This document shows positions 42,916 through 55,700 of a DNA stretch of 64,000 nucleotides, piece by piece. Both the position numbers and the translations under genes were made by a program. The stretch is from NCBI RefSeq assembly GCF_009914755.1, contig NC_060929.1. One strand, 5' to 3'. How positions within the stretch are numbered: the stretch's first letter is position 1; every line of letters begins with the position of its first letter. The DNA comes from the human T2T-CHM13v2.0 reference genome, Homo sapiens. Below the pieces are notes generated by a model that searched no databases, was not told where the DNA came from, and worked only from the letters and a program-made list of their open reading frames with translations.

Positions 42916-44559
42916 CATGCTTTTGAAAGAAGGGTATAGTTACCTACACAGTTCCTAGCTAAAAAAAAGTTCTGGTTCAAAATACTAGCAAACAGGTGCC
43001 CTATCTTATCTTAACTTTTCCAAAGTTCTTGGAGTCAGCAGGGATTTTTGTCTCTGTCTCTCACAAATAAAGAAACTGAAGATGAAAATAAAGAAACTAA
43101 AGAGAGATGAAGTGTCCAAGATCACACATCTAGGACACAGTGGGCCCAGGACTCAAACCCTGGCCTTCTCAATCTTACCCAGTGTTCTTATCCTACACCA
43201 GACAGTTTGGAAAGTGGTCTGGTTTTAAGAAAAGAATATGGACATCGAAATAGGTAAACTTGGGCTTTCCTTTTCTACCAGTTACTAACCATGTGATTTT
43301 CAGTAACTCATTTAACTTCTCAAAATTTAATTTCTTAGGTGGCCTTGTGTTTATAAAATTGACATAAACATACCTCCTCATAGCATTATTGTGAGAATTA
43401 ATTGAAACATAGAAGACACTATTTCCTGTTCTCATAAAGGAGTGGTGATGTATAAAATCAAAGATGTTTGTAAAGTTCAGATTATGGAACTTGGAATATT
43501 TTTCTGATCATCCCATTGAAAGTGACCTCTCCTTTTGATCATCTCTTATTTATATTTCTCTAGAATTACACATATTGTAGTTTACACTACTTTTAGAAAC
43601 ATGCACATTTTATTTTTTATAGGCTTTATTTTATAGTTATTTGCCTTAATTTGCCAATCAGTATGTAAAATCTTTGAGGGCCAGAATGGTCCTAGACATT
43701 TCTGTACACGTCTCGGAGCCTTGCTCAGTAAGTGCCAGAGAGTAAATGTTGCATGGATGTATTTTGCCAGTGCTGATACACGCTGAATAAACAGATGTTT
43801 TGTGGTGCTGTGCCTGCCCCAGTAAGTTGTCATGTGCAGGCAAGAAGATAATACATTTACTCTGAGAACAGGCTACTCTGGAAGACATAGAGGAAGTTGC
43901 AACCAAAGGGAACAGTGAATTGAAACATCCAACCTGCCCTATAAAAGAATGTGGACCTATGGACGTCAGATTTTCCCAGTACCAACAAGTAGCTAAATCA
44001 CTCATTTTAAAATCACTAACTAAACTCATTTTAATGAGTTAAAATAGCACGATATTAGAGTAAGGGTTACTCTTATGGGGGATAAGAGTAAAGAGTGGGG
44101 GGAAATGGGAAGTGCTGCTCCACTAGTGTTCATTCCTGGGAAACATGGAAACAAGGACTAGGAAGAGGGTTCCCCCAACAGTGTGCATTTACAAACACTA
44201 ATCTCAGTCAAATCGGAAGTAAAGGCTTTTGCTGAGATGGAGGATGGGGTGGAAATGCTGCTGTAGGAAATGTGATAGGGTGTCAGCAAAAGAATTGTGA
44301 GCAGCCACAAAATTAGAAAGCATGACTCTGTACGGATCCCAGTCGGAACAGTTTTGTGATTTTCAATAGCAACATTCAACAGCCCAGCTGTATGACAAGA
44401 GAAATAATACAGTAAGGATGACCCTGGGTGGAGAAATTCTCTTCCCTTGACTAATTCCTTGTGCTTGTTCATAGATTTAAATATATATGACGAAGTGTCA
44501 ACTCATTAGAAATATTAACATATTGAATTCTAGCTCTTATCCTCCTATCGGAGAGATGG

Positions 44560-44780
44560 TACAGCAAAGCTATTAAGAGCAAAAGCTCTACAGACTAATA
44601 GTCCTAGATTTGAATCCAGTCCCTATTCCAATTAGCAGTATATCCTTGGGAACATTATTTAACTGTACTATATATTGTATATACAATAGTACATATCCCT
44701 TAAATTAATTGTGAGAATTAAATAATGCACAAAGCATTTTAACACAGTGCTCATGAATGCTGAATAAATGTTAAATAACA
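44560..44780 (+). mobile_element. MIR SINE
   Basis: CCTAGATTTGAATCCAG, TCCTTGGGAACATTATTTAAC, TTGTGAGAATTAAATAATGCACAAAGC. Confidence 0.7.
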
Positions 44781-47700
44781 ATAAATGAGGAAAAGAACTT
44801 GGCACACACAAGATTAAGCACTACTTGGTTTATAGCTTATGAGAGTTAGATCAGAGGTTATGAAACTAGCACTTATTATAATTTATAATTAAATAGAATT
44901 TTCTTATTTATTATTTACTCCCCAACAGAATATAGATTCCATAAAAGCAGAGACCTTCTCTGTTTTGACCAATTATTGCCCAAATATAGTACCGAACACA
45001 TAGCAGGTATTAACTGAATAATCAGTTAATTAATTAAAATGAGCACGCTATTAAGCTAAGAGAGTGATCACAGAAATACTTTATTAGGAACTTGTGTTTC
45101 CAGATCACTCTGCAAGTTATCATACTGATTAAAAAATACATAACATAAACAACAAATCAATCTAACTTTCTTCCAAATTTCTAGTTAAATGCCTTTCCTT
45201 CCCCCAACAAAAGATAACCTGCCGTTTTGTTAGTTCTGTTAAATATCCATTCCTTCAGTGACTCCTCCCTCCCTGGCCTACAGAAATTTCATCTTCCTTT
45301 GGCGAGATTAAGGGACTGATAGTTTTCATAGTGTGTATGTGGTATTGTGTGTGTGGTATTGTGTGTGTGTTTTCTCATCACAACACTTTTACTTTGTCAC
45401 CTAGAGCAGCCCCCTTTTTCTGTTTGCAATCCCTGCCACTATTCCTACTTACTGTCCACAATTGCCACTTTAATTTCCCTCTATAATTTGACATTTCTAT
45501 TAGAATCTTGAATCCCCTTAGAACTTTCATCAAACAGTGTAATCAGTAACATATTATAGAAAGTGGCCATCTTTTACATTTATCCTGAAATTGTGGATAG
45601 AGTAAGTAGACAAATATTTGTTTCATTGCGTTATCACTTTTAAAGCAAAACTCCAGGAAGCATTTTTTAAGTAGAAATTGTGAAGGGATACTGGATGCCA
45701 GGAGTGTAAAAATAACTAAGATGGGAAGTTGCCATTTCCTCTGCTAATTGACATCACTGTGTCAAAGTTTTCAGCTTTTCAGGACTCATTTTTGCTTTTT
45801 GAATACATGAAAAACAACTAGAGACCTTCACACCTTTTGCAAACTGTTGTTTACTGGGAAGAACTTCTTTAACATTGGTTGACTGTGAGCAATGCTTATT
45901 TATTTTCTTATCTCTCTTTCTAGTAAATAATAGATCTTACCTAAAAATGGCTGAGGCAACCCTAAAGGCTTTGTGATTCAAACCTTAAATGACAAGCTGC
46001 CATCACACTAGCCTTCCCCACTGACAGGGAATCCTTCCTCTGGATCTTCAACAAGGGCCCCCTGATCCACACAGCTTTGAGAATATTCAGCTAGTAGAAT
46101 TTAGATCATATTTGCTATGTGTGTCCAGCTATTTTTCTTTCCAGTATGTTTCTTGAATTCACCCTTGGAATGCACCTTGATGTAGCTTCTGGTAGAAATT
46201 AAATATGATTCCTTTCAAGGATGTAATTAAAGAAATCCCTTTTTAAAGATAACTCCTATTGCCGGAAATAATATTTTAATTTATTTATCATTGGCTTTGG
46301 TGCTGAAGCTAAGTCTCTGTTAATACAAAAGAGAGAGTAACTTCCAGATTACTGATTTACTTCGCCTTCAGTCAAATTTTTGAAATATTTGGAAAAACTG
46401 ATTCTGGGTGATTTAAGCCCATACAGCCACATGAGTAAAGTGATTTGGCTGGTAATAGGAAAGAAAAGCGAAATAAGTAAGTAAATAAATAGAAAAAGCC
46501 ACCGCATCACAGGTTCAGAAATAGCAGAAACAAGAGTATTTTTCTCATGTGAAGGCTGTCTTGTGGAATTAGGTGTGTGAGTTCAATTTCATATAGCAAT
46601 GGACCCCTCAAAGAGGAGTTAATTCAAAGGTAGAGACTAAGTAAATATTGCTTAGAGAAGCAACTGCATACACAGAAAAAATAATCAGCATCAACACGTC
46701 AGAGATAAACCAAGCTAATGCACAGTCAGATACCCAGAAAAAGTCAAGTCTATGTCTTTTGTGAAAAGAATGCTAATTCTCAAAAAGCTCATGAAGACTT
46801 CACCTAGCCTTTTTGTTTCTTGAATAACAATTATAAACTTTGAAATTGAAGCTATGATTCTGTTATTGTTTCATATCTTTACAATTCCTGTTACTCATCA
46901 TATACTAGAAGATCCCTCCGTAAGTAAGTAAAATAGTTTTCTAGGAGGGTGCTGGGGTATCACGAACCCAAATGAAGCAGAAATTGACCCAGTAGAACAT
47001 TGGTAGTCTCAATAAGTTAAAGTATCTTCCAAGTGCTGTGTGTTTGGAGAAGGAGTTTTGTTTTCAGAAACAGCAAATACTCTCAAACCAGTTAAATAAG
47101 CATCCATACAAAGTCCACTATGTGCAAAGCCCCATATTTGATACTTGGGGAGACAGCCAGGAACAGTACATTTGTCAAAGGAAAGGTAAGAAGTGAACAC
47201 AAGTAACTTTAAAACAAGGCAGAATATAAACATACTATATTGGGGCTTAAAACAATGCACCATGAAAAGAAACAAAGATGTATTTAGTTCAGATTAGTTT
47301 GGGAGTTAGGGGTGGTCTTCAGCTGGAGAAAGAGCTTATTTACTATTAGTTATTATTTTGAAGAGTTTCCTTTGTTATGATAAAAGTGTCATCCAGAGGG
47401 TATCATAAGCATGAATAAATGATTAAATACAATCAAAACCTGAGGCAAGCGACTTCTTTTGGCTTGGATCCTGAAGACTCCTGGGCAGACTTGAAGCTAA
47501 GCCAGACATGCTTGCCCAGTTGCGTGGGCCACTTTGGCCATTCGAGCTTGGATTAGCTTTTGGTGGACTGACCTGGATCTCCTGAAGTGACCCATAATTT
47601 CCAAGACCACTGGTGAAAAACCCACTCATGAATCTTCAACTCTCAACACAAAGTCTGTGAGCCCACATACAGCAACCATCACTGGAGCCACACATGTGCC

Positions 47701-50144
47701 CTCTGTAAGGCACATGTATTTTAAATATTAAGCACACTTTAAAAGTTTATTTTGCCCAGGATTTTAAAAACCACATTTAAAAACTACTGTAAATATTTAA
47801 AGAAGGATACAGTGTTGAAGAATGAAACTTTTAGGTTTGTCCTACTAGCCATCTTTAATTGTACTGTTATCCCTGCCTCTTTTTTCCTACAGAGCAGTCA
47901 CAGTTGTTCACAGAAGCCTTGCTTCTGCACAATTTTTGAAAATAGAGTTTACATTGAAAAACACTGGATTTGAGAGATCAGTCACCTAATATGCGAATAA
48001 AAACCAAAAACTAAATTTTAACAAAGGTCCGGCAGCCTTCTCTTGGTCTTTTCCTAAGTGCTTAGTTTGCAGTTCTAACTGTAATCTAATCAATGCTTTT
48101 CTGATTCAAATATCAATACTTAATATTTACTGCCAGAATACTAAGTTAGATGGCCTGGCCACCTCCTCCTTAACAAGAAAAAATGATCTAAGCACTAGCC
48201 AGGCTTTGATGAGGCAGGGAATGAACTGAAGAGAGCCTCCTTCCGCCAACACAGCAGCAATGTGTTTTCTGTCTCAACTGAACGTCCACAAACTTGTAAT
48301 TTATTTGGAAAAATACGTTGCAGATAAGCAAAAAAAGGCATCTGGAAGCCTTCTTGCCAAATGGTAACTTTCTGGAAGTTTCCTCATTTAGAAGTAATTT
48401 CTGGAAAATTTCTTGATTAATACAAATCCGTGAACAAACTTAAAAATGATGGCTTTGTTATTGCTTTGGCACAATATGTTAACAACACTGTGAGTGCTGC
48501 CAAAACTCTGAGAGTTCTTTCATGCGGATTATGGTCTTGTTTACATATCCAGCTGTACTGAGGCCTTGTCCATGGTGGTAACCTAACAATGTTCCCAGTG
48601 GGGGTGCCCATTAGGGGAGGGGAGACTAACTGAAGTTTAGTTTGTTTAAATTGAGCAAGAATGCACAGCGGCACTCAGATCTTTGGGGAATGTGTTGGAA
48701 GCATACCCTTTCTGGGATCTGTTTTCGTTTATTTAAGGGGGATGTTTGCATTGCTCAAAAATTGCAGTACACAAACTTGCCATGCAAAATGCCTTCCACA
48801 TGTTTACTGTGGTCTATACAGAAGTGAGTAGAAAACACAAATAGTACTTGATTGAAGTAAAATGCTAAATAAAATAGTAATTGCTGGCCTTGGTCATTTT
48901 ATTAATTAAAATCCCAAACCACTCTCTGTTGTATGTATGTGTGCATATATGTGTAAAATAAATTCTCCCAAGCATGACCATTTAGATCTGATAGGAAAGA
49001 TAAAATTCACTGAAGAAAGTGAATTTGAAATTGTGAGAAGTTTGTTCCCGTTGATGGGACATTTATGCAAATTTTGTGTTGTTTTGCACCGATTTGTATA
49101 CATGGATTTCACCGATATTTTATTTTACAGGTTCTAATAACAAAATAATAATTGCTTTTCCCCAAGAACAAATGTGAGAAACGATACATGTTTTCTCATT
49201 TTTGACAAAAATTTTAGCAGGATTTTAGTTGCTGCATGTTATTACTAAAAAAGAATCAGGGATATGAGTTGCCTCTGCTCTTACTTCCTGACATTTATGA
49301 AGTCTACAAATGAAAATAGTCTGTTCAGAAGAAACTTCCACTTTTTGTGCTTTTATCTTTGCCAGTAGTAGAGAGTCACGAGTAGACCAAGGAGACCTCA
49401 GGCAACTGCAGTAGCCTAACTCTGTTAGATAAAGGCTCCTCACAAAGTATTTCTTGTCTGACACCAGCTGAGAGGCCAAGGTGCTTCTGTTATGTTAAAA
49501 ACGTACCAAGGTTTAACTTGATCTATTGGATATCATTTAGGTCAAAATAAAATTCTTATTGGAAAACTCATAATTCATACAGTTTTTAATTCTTCAAATT
49601 ACATCTTAGGTCAGTTTTATCAAAGTAATTTTCATCATGGAATTTATTTATTAGTTTAATCAAAAAGTGAAACTCCAATAAGTATTTTTCCAAAAAAGCC
49701 ATGTTTTCATTTCTCAAAAAAAAAATCTATTTTAAAAAATAATTTCAGTATATAATATTAGCTTTGGTATCAGTATGTCAGGATTTTAATTAAATGTATT
49801 ATGTTATTTTGTTCTAACATAGAAATCTCATTAATATGCAGGAGAAAAAATATAACGTTCCCATTGTCTATGGAACTGTTGAGTCGCTTACTTCTGTGTC
49901 TCTTACTTAGCATTCCCGCACGAAAATGGCATATTCTGTGGCTCTGTTTAGGAAGGTGCAATGTATTCCCACACTGTTACCAAGCTTCAAATTTAAGCTT
50001 CAAATTTAAACCATGATCATTGGATTACAAAGCCATTTTTATTTTTCCTATCACTGAGTTTTACTCCTACATTTTTTTCAAAAAGTTTCATATATTAACA
50101 TACCTTTGAGTCAATATTAACAAGGAGAAGTAAACAGAATAAAA

Positions 50145-50375
50145 GTGCAAAGAACACAGTATCAGGCTACCTAGGTTTTTATACTTACTTCTACTTACCA
50201 GTTACATGCCTTTGCACAAGTTACATATCCTGTCTCCAGCTCTGTTTCCTCTTCTAGAGAAATGAATCTAATAATGCTAACTTTCTCATTGGATTATGTT
50301 GAGGATTAAACCAAATAATACACATATAATACTGAAAAAGTGCCTGGCATATAGTAAGCCCTCAATAAATGGTAG
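50145..50375 (+). mobile_element. MIR SINE
   Basis: CTACTTACCAGTTACATGCCTTTGCACAAGTTAC, TGAGGATTAAA, AGTGCCTGGCATATAGTAAGCCCTCAATAAATG. Confidence 0.75.
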
Positions 50376-53300
50376 GTATAAAACTAGTACTAGACGGATT
50401 GGCCATTAATTTTAGTTAATTTTTAAATTCTTTTTAGAATTTTATGTGTTTTAAAGCAGTTAATAGAGGCATGTTAAAAAATATCCAAGACCTTGTTGAC
50501 ACAGTATTTCTAAAAGTATTCATAATTATGCTGACAATATTATGTCTATTCAGACAGCCAAACCTGGAAATATTTAGAAACTATTAAGTTTATGAAAGAC
50601 AAGTCTGACTAAACCACTTAAAAGCAAGCCTGTTGATATGCTATTTCTAAAATTCTTCTAGGGAAAACATTGTGAGGTTAAAATAGAACAAAGAATAGAT
50701 TGTGACAAATTCCTATGGACTCTAAATAATATTAATAATGATAAGCTTAATATTCAAATAGTTTCAGAGCATTGTATTCAGTATATAATTATTCTTCACT
50801 ATGAATTATTTTCTTGCATTCAAAAAACGTATTCTTTAGTGACAACTTAATTTTAAAATACAGTATTAAATATATTAGATATTCTTTTTTAAGAGTATTC
50901 TTAAAATAGAATACTCTTCGTATCTAGAAGGAACGGCTAAATGTGTCCACAGTCTAACAATTGAATTTCTTTAAAATTTTGTCCAACAGAGCTTCAGTGA
51001 ATTGGCACCAAGAATAACCATTCTGGGCTTCTGGGTTATTTATCTACATTTTCAGTGCTACCTTGGTAGATACCAGGCCAATTTCCTAGATAGGCCAGAG
51101 GAAGGGAGAGGTGGGGGTGTTTCACTACCATCTCTGGGTTAGTTCAGCACAAATTACTTTCCAATCCTGTTTCTAATTCTTATTTGCTTCCCAAGGACAT
51201 AAACAATATAGAGTGTTAGGAAAACAAATCTTTTAGAAAAAAGTTTGATGTTTATAATTTAATAATTGAAAAATTAAGATAGATGTTTCTGTTTTCTAGA
51301 GATGTACTATAAAATTTCTTTATTAACTCACTGGAATAAGCAGGTTGATGAGCCACACAGGGTATTTTAAGATACCTGTTAGATTATAGTCACATCACCT
51401 TTTAAATAATTCACCCTAATTTTGTTCAAACTGGCACCCAGTATTTAGTGATAAGATTGATCAGATTGTGTTATTGTCTGATGGAAGCTGAGGAATTCAG
51501 GAGCAATAAGTTATGATGACATGCTTGAGAATTGTTGGGGACAGATCTTCCTCCTGAAATTACAAGTTCATACTGTGATATTGTCAAGCCTTTGTATACC
51601 ATTATTTTATAAATGTTTATCAAAATCAGTTTCTTTAAATAACCCTTTCTCTATGCTATCCTTTCACTTTTATTTCCTGAATAAGGAAGGCTATTTATTA
51701 AATCTTTATGATTCAAAGTCATTTTGGAGGAAAAAAGAAAGTATTTTTTACCACAGTAGCGAATCATTCCTAGCTGAAGGCAGCCTTTGTTCTCAGTCAC
51801 CAGTTAGACTGCACTTTCATAGCCTAGTGCCTTCTACCAGAGCCTCTTGATATATTCACATAAATGATGGAAGATGCATGAGACGTGAAGGTGACATGTG
51901 CAGTCTCCAGGAGGAAACTGATGCCCTGGTTGCTCGCTAAGGAGCCATCCTGGCGTCAGCGGCATACGCAGCCATGCGGCTGCCCTCCCAGCTGGAAGGA
52001 AGGAGGTAAGCAGCAGCTGTCAGCAGAAAGAGATGGGAAAGGGGCAATGACTCTCCAATTCACAGAAATAAAATTGTTCATGAAAATTCCCAGTTATGCC
52101 CTCCCATAGCTGTATTCCTTCCAAGACTTCTGACTGACTTCCCTGAAACTTCTTTCGTTCTGGCTTATCAGTTGTTTCAGGGCGATGTATTACTCAGCCA
52201 CCGCCTGTGAAGTGAACCAGAACAATTTGAGGTTAATTCACCTCTCCCAACAATCATAAAAGTTTGTTCGTTCAGAGGTTCAACAATGAAATTGTTACTG
52301 ATTAGTCCAGATCAAAAAATCTGCACTTTTGTCATTGCAAAAAGATTTAATTACCTTTTTCTAATGCAGTATATATGCCCCATTTGCCAAGACAAAAGAG
52401 CTATTATTCAAAGGAAAAAAATATTGCTGTAGCAAGCACAGTAACTTTTAATATTTTCACTGCTGAACTGTCAAAATGTGAACATTCCCACCCCCTTAAA
52501 AAATGAAAGTATGGAACTATCGCATAACCTTCACTTTTATAGTAAGAGGTTTTCAGAATATGACCAAAAAAACATAGCAATTTCAGCCAGGTCATAATTT
52601 AGTATAAAATAAAACAAGACATTTAAACCCGAGGAGGAAAAAAAAATCTGAGAGTGGTAGAACTATCCAACTATGTGTGCAATTTCCTTGTGCTCAAATT
52701 GCATTTTCTCCCTTCAGTGTTATACTGAGCAGGGTCTTGCCCTCTAGATTAGAGACTTTTGCATTAGAGGAAACTAGGTTATGTCTTCCACTGTCAGAGA
52801 CAGAAATTATGAGCTGCAGTGCATTTTAGCCAGTCACTCTGAAAAATGTTTGCCCAAGGGGGTAATAATTAGAACTGTTTTTGTCAGGTGACTGCATTTT
52901 AAGCAGTGATGTGTCTGAGAATCTAGCTAAGGGCTTTAATATAAATATGAATATTTTTTTCAGTCAGCATTGTGGCTTGATTTTTTTTTTTGCTTTGCTT
53001 TTTATTTCAAAAGTAAGCACTTTTCAGGAATTATCAGCTAACATGTCCTACAGTTTAGCACAATGGTGACCCAATAATATAATAGCCAGCAGAGAATGAT
53101 ACCCAAGCAGCCTGAGAAGTTAATGCATAAAACGATAAATGAATTCATTTTGAGATCATCATGCATTTATGGACACAAATAATTACTCTGTATTGATTGC
53201 TTAGAGGAGTCTAAGCCCAAACATAAAATGGTTTTACTTCTAAATTATTGTTTTACTTATTTAAGTAGTTATTTAATGCAGTTTAATATGGTAGTTCACA

Positions 53301-53848
53301 CTAACATAAATAAAATATATAAAAATACAATTGATGCGCTTTTGGATTACTTCAAAGTGGCTTGACACCTCTGGGGTCAAGACCCCATGGCTGGTGGGTT
53401 ATCTAGGAGTTCTGTATTATTTATTAAGTTGTCCAAATCTGAATATAACCTTTTTAGACAAGAATGGATCATTTTAATATTCGTTCCCATTACAAAAGCA
53501 TTATGGAAAGATGGGGATGGATGGAAATAATCTCATATCCTTTGGCTTATAAACTTTAATAAAGACTATCCTTTTGTTCCTACAATAATCCTATGTTTGC
53601 AAATAAATGAATCACTTTCAATTATGAGCTTCTCGGAACAAAAGGTCATGTTTTCTGTAGAGTCTTAAGAATACCAAATCCCATCCCCATCAGAGTGTAA
53701 ATAATGAATAATTACAAAATGAAACTTTCCTCCTGAAAATTAGCTTTAACTATGTTATATCACAGGAAATAATAAATAACAATAATTTGAAAGTAATTAA
53801 TTTTCTGAGACTATTCTACTTTATATATCACAGACCGTTTGAAATCTT

Positions 53849-54023
53849 TTATTTGTTTATTTTTAGAGACTGGGTCTTGCTATGTTGCCCAGGCTAGAGT
53901 GCAGTGGCTATTCACAGGCACAATCATCACACACTACAGCCTTGAACTCCTGGCTTCAAATGATCCTCCCACTTCAGCCTCCTGAGTAGCTGAGACTACA
54001 GGCTGGCACCACTGCACCCAGCC
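53849..54023 (-). mobile_element. FAM (fossil Alu monomer)
   Basis: Monomer retaining 7SL-derived GCTATTCACAGGC; perfect TSD TGAAATCTT (53840-48, 54024-32). Confidence 0.88.
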
Positions 54024-55224
54024 TGAAATCTTAAACTTTCTATTCTAAAAAGGGTTCAATTGGAAAAATGTTGTTGACTTTCATTATAACCAATTATGTA
54101 CTTATAAGTAGTACATCTTTCATAATATCAGAAACATGACATAACAAAGAATAAGCTTCTACAGTATGAAATCCCCCCACTGCCATGTAACTCACCTTAT
54201 CTTGCTTTGTGTACCCATGTTTTAATCTTCCAGTTTGAACTTCAATTTCTTCTTTTTTTAAATAAAAAGGTTGATTAAAACTCTGTACGAAAGCTGATTC
54301 TCTCCCTCTCAGGTGATCTTACCTCCTTCTCTCTTTCCCAAGATCCTCTCTGGGTATAAAAGGATAATCCTGTGTTCTCATGGTGATGGTGAAAGGGCCT
54401 CTGACTTACATACTAGCATCTGGGTCTTTGCTGGCCTCTGCTGGTCTGTTCCCCTCTGTATCAGGTTATCGAGCACCCTGTTCTAGTGTCCAGTATTTTG
54501 TGCTTTGTACTGCCTGGTGCGTTGGGGATGTGGAAAGGGGGAAGTGGGGGTCATGGTAGCAACTATTCCCAAAGTCCTTAGATCCTGCGGTAACCTCCTA
54601 TATCACATTCCCTGTACTCTGTGGCATCCATGTCCCAACCCCAGGCTTCTTGCATTGCACTGATTCCCTTAATAATAGGAGACTCCAGAAATTATGAAAT
54701 CCCTAGATAACCTCATGGGCCATGGGCAGCCAGGGGCATTATTTAATCCACTTGACTAATGCTTCCTTCAGCATTTCTAATTGACCAATCATGTGCTGCC
54801 ATATTGGTGTTGTACCATGATAAACATGGGACTTCTTCAAGGAATTTGAAAAGTTCTCAAGATAGAAACTGAAGCAAGTATCAAGCTTAACCTAACCCCT
54901 CCGCTCATCTATGAACCCCACAATTTTAACTAGATTTTTCTGTTAGCCTTCATTTTACTCCAACCCAAAGGGTTTGAGCCCTATTAAGCATACATTTGAC
55001 GAAACTCTTATCTGACCCCTTGCCATTCATATGCCTTTTCTGTTTTCCCTCTTCTCAGACCCTTCTGACTAATTTCCTTTCTCTTCTTTCAGGAGCTGTC
55101 GCTATGTTACATCTTGCTCCTTCCCTTAGTGTAACTCACTCTTCCCTTCACTGCATCATAGTGATGGAGAGTTTCAGGAAAATTAACAGATTATTAAAGA
55201 CAGAAGAGACAATGAGATGTGATC

Positions 55225-55700
55225 TGGAGGGGGTGTTATCTCCCGGCTTCTCCTTTGTTCTTCTCTGCCTTTTTTGTACCTCAGGGAAAGGGAGCCAGCA
55301 AAGCTATATTTCCCAAGTTCCCTTGACTTTCTGTTAGATTTTGCCAGTGGAAGGCAGGCACTGGAAGAAAACTGAAGAAAGAAAGAGGCCATTTTATTCC
55401 CAGCTTCTAATGGCAGTTTCAGCAGCCGTAACAATGATAGGTATATGTGGCTCCAAGTTCTACTCAGGTAACCCAATTTCAACTTCGGCAATCTCACCTG
55501 CATATGGAGTCTAGGTAACACTACTTTCTCCTTTGGATTTCTAGGCCTATGGGTAGTAGTGCCTTAATATAGGTACTACTTTCTAGATAAACTTACTCAA
55601 TCAGTGCCCCAGCCCTTCCAATACTTTGAAACTAATTCACTGTATTAACTCTGAAATTCCTCAGTTGGATTATGTTTGTGTGATTAAACACAGGAAATAT
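55225..55700 (+). mobile_element. Ancient ERVL-class solo LTR (LTR33 group)
   Basis: ATTTCCCAAGTTCCCTTG, TTTTGCCAGTGGAAGGC, CTAGGCCTATGGGTAGTAG, AACTAATTCACTGTATTAA. Confidence 0.55.

Noticed and set aside
46800-46930. Plus-strand donor CC|GTAAGT at ~46920
   Set aside because: No convincing acceptor or open exon upstream.
49982-50009. Tandem AAGCTTCAAATTT x2 (similar duplications near 26265, 43065, 61510)
   Set aside because: Ordinary slippage duplications; no spacer structure, not CRISPR-like.
54370-54900. Possible ERV/Gypsy internal remnant
   Set aside because: Translations gave no convincing gag or integrase motif; needs an HMM search.
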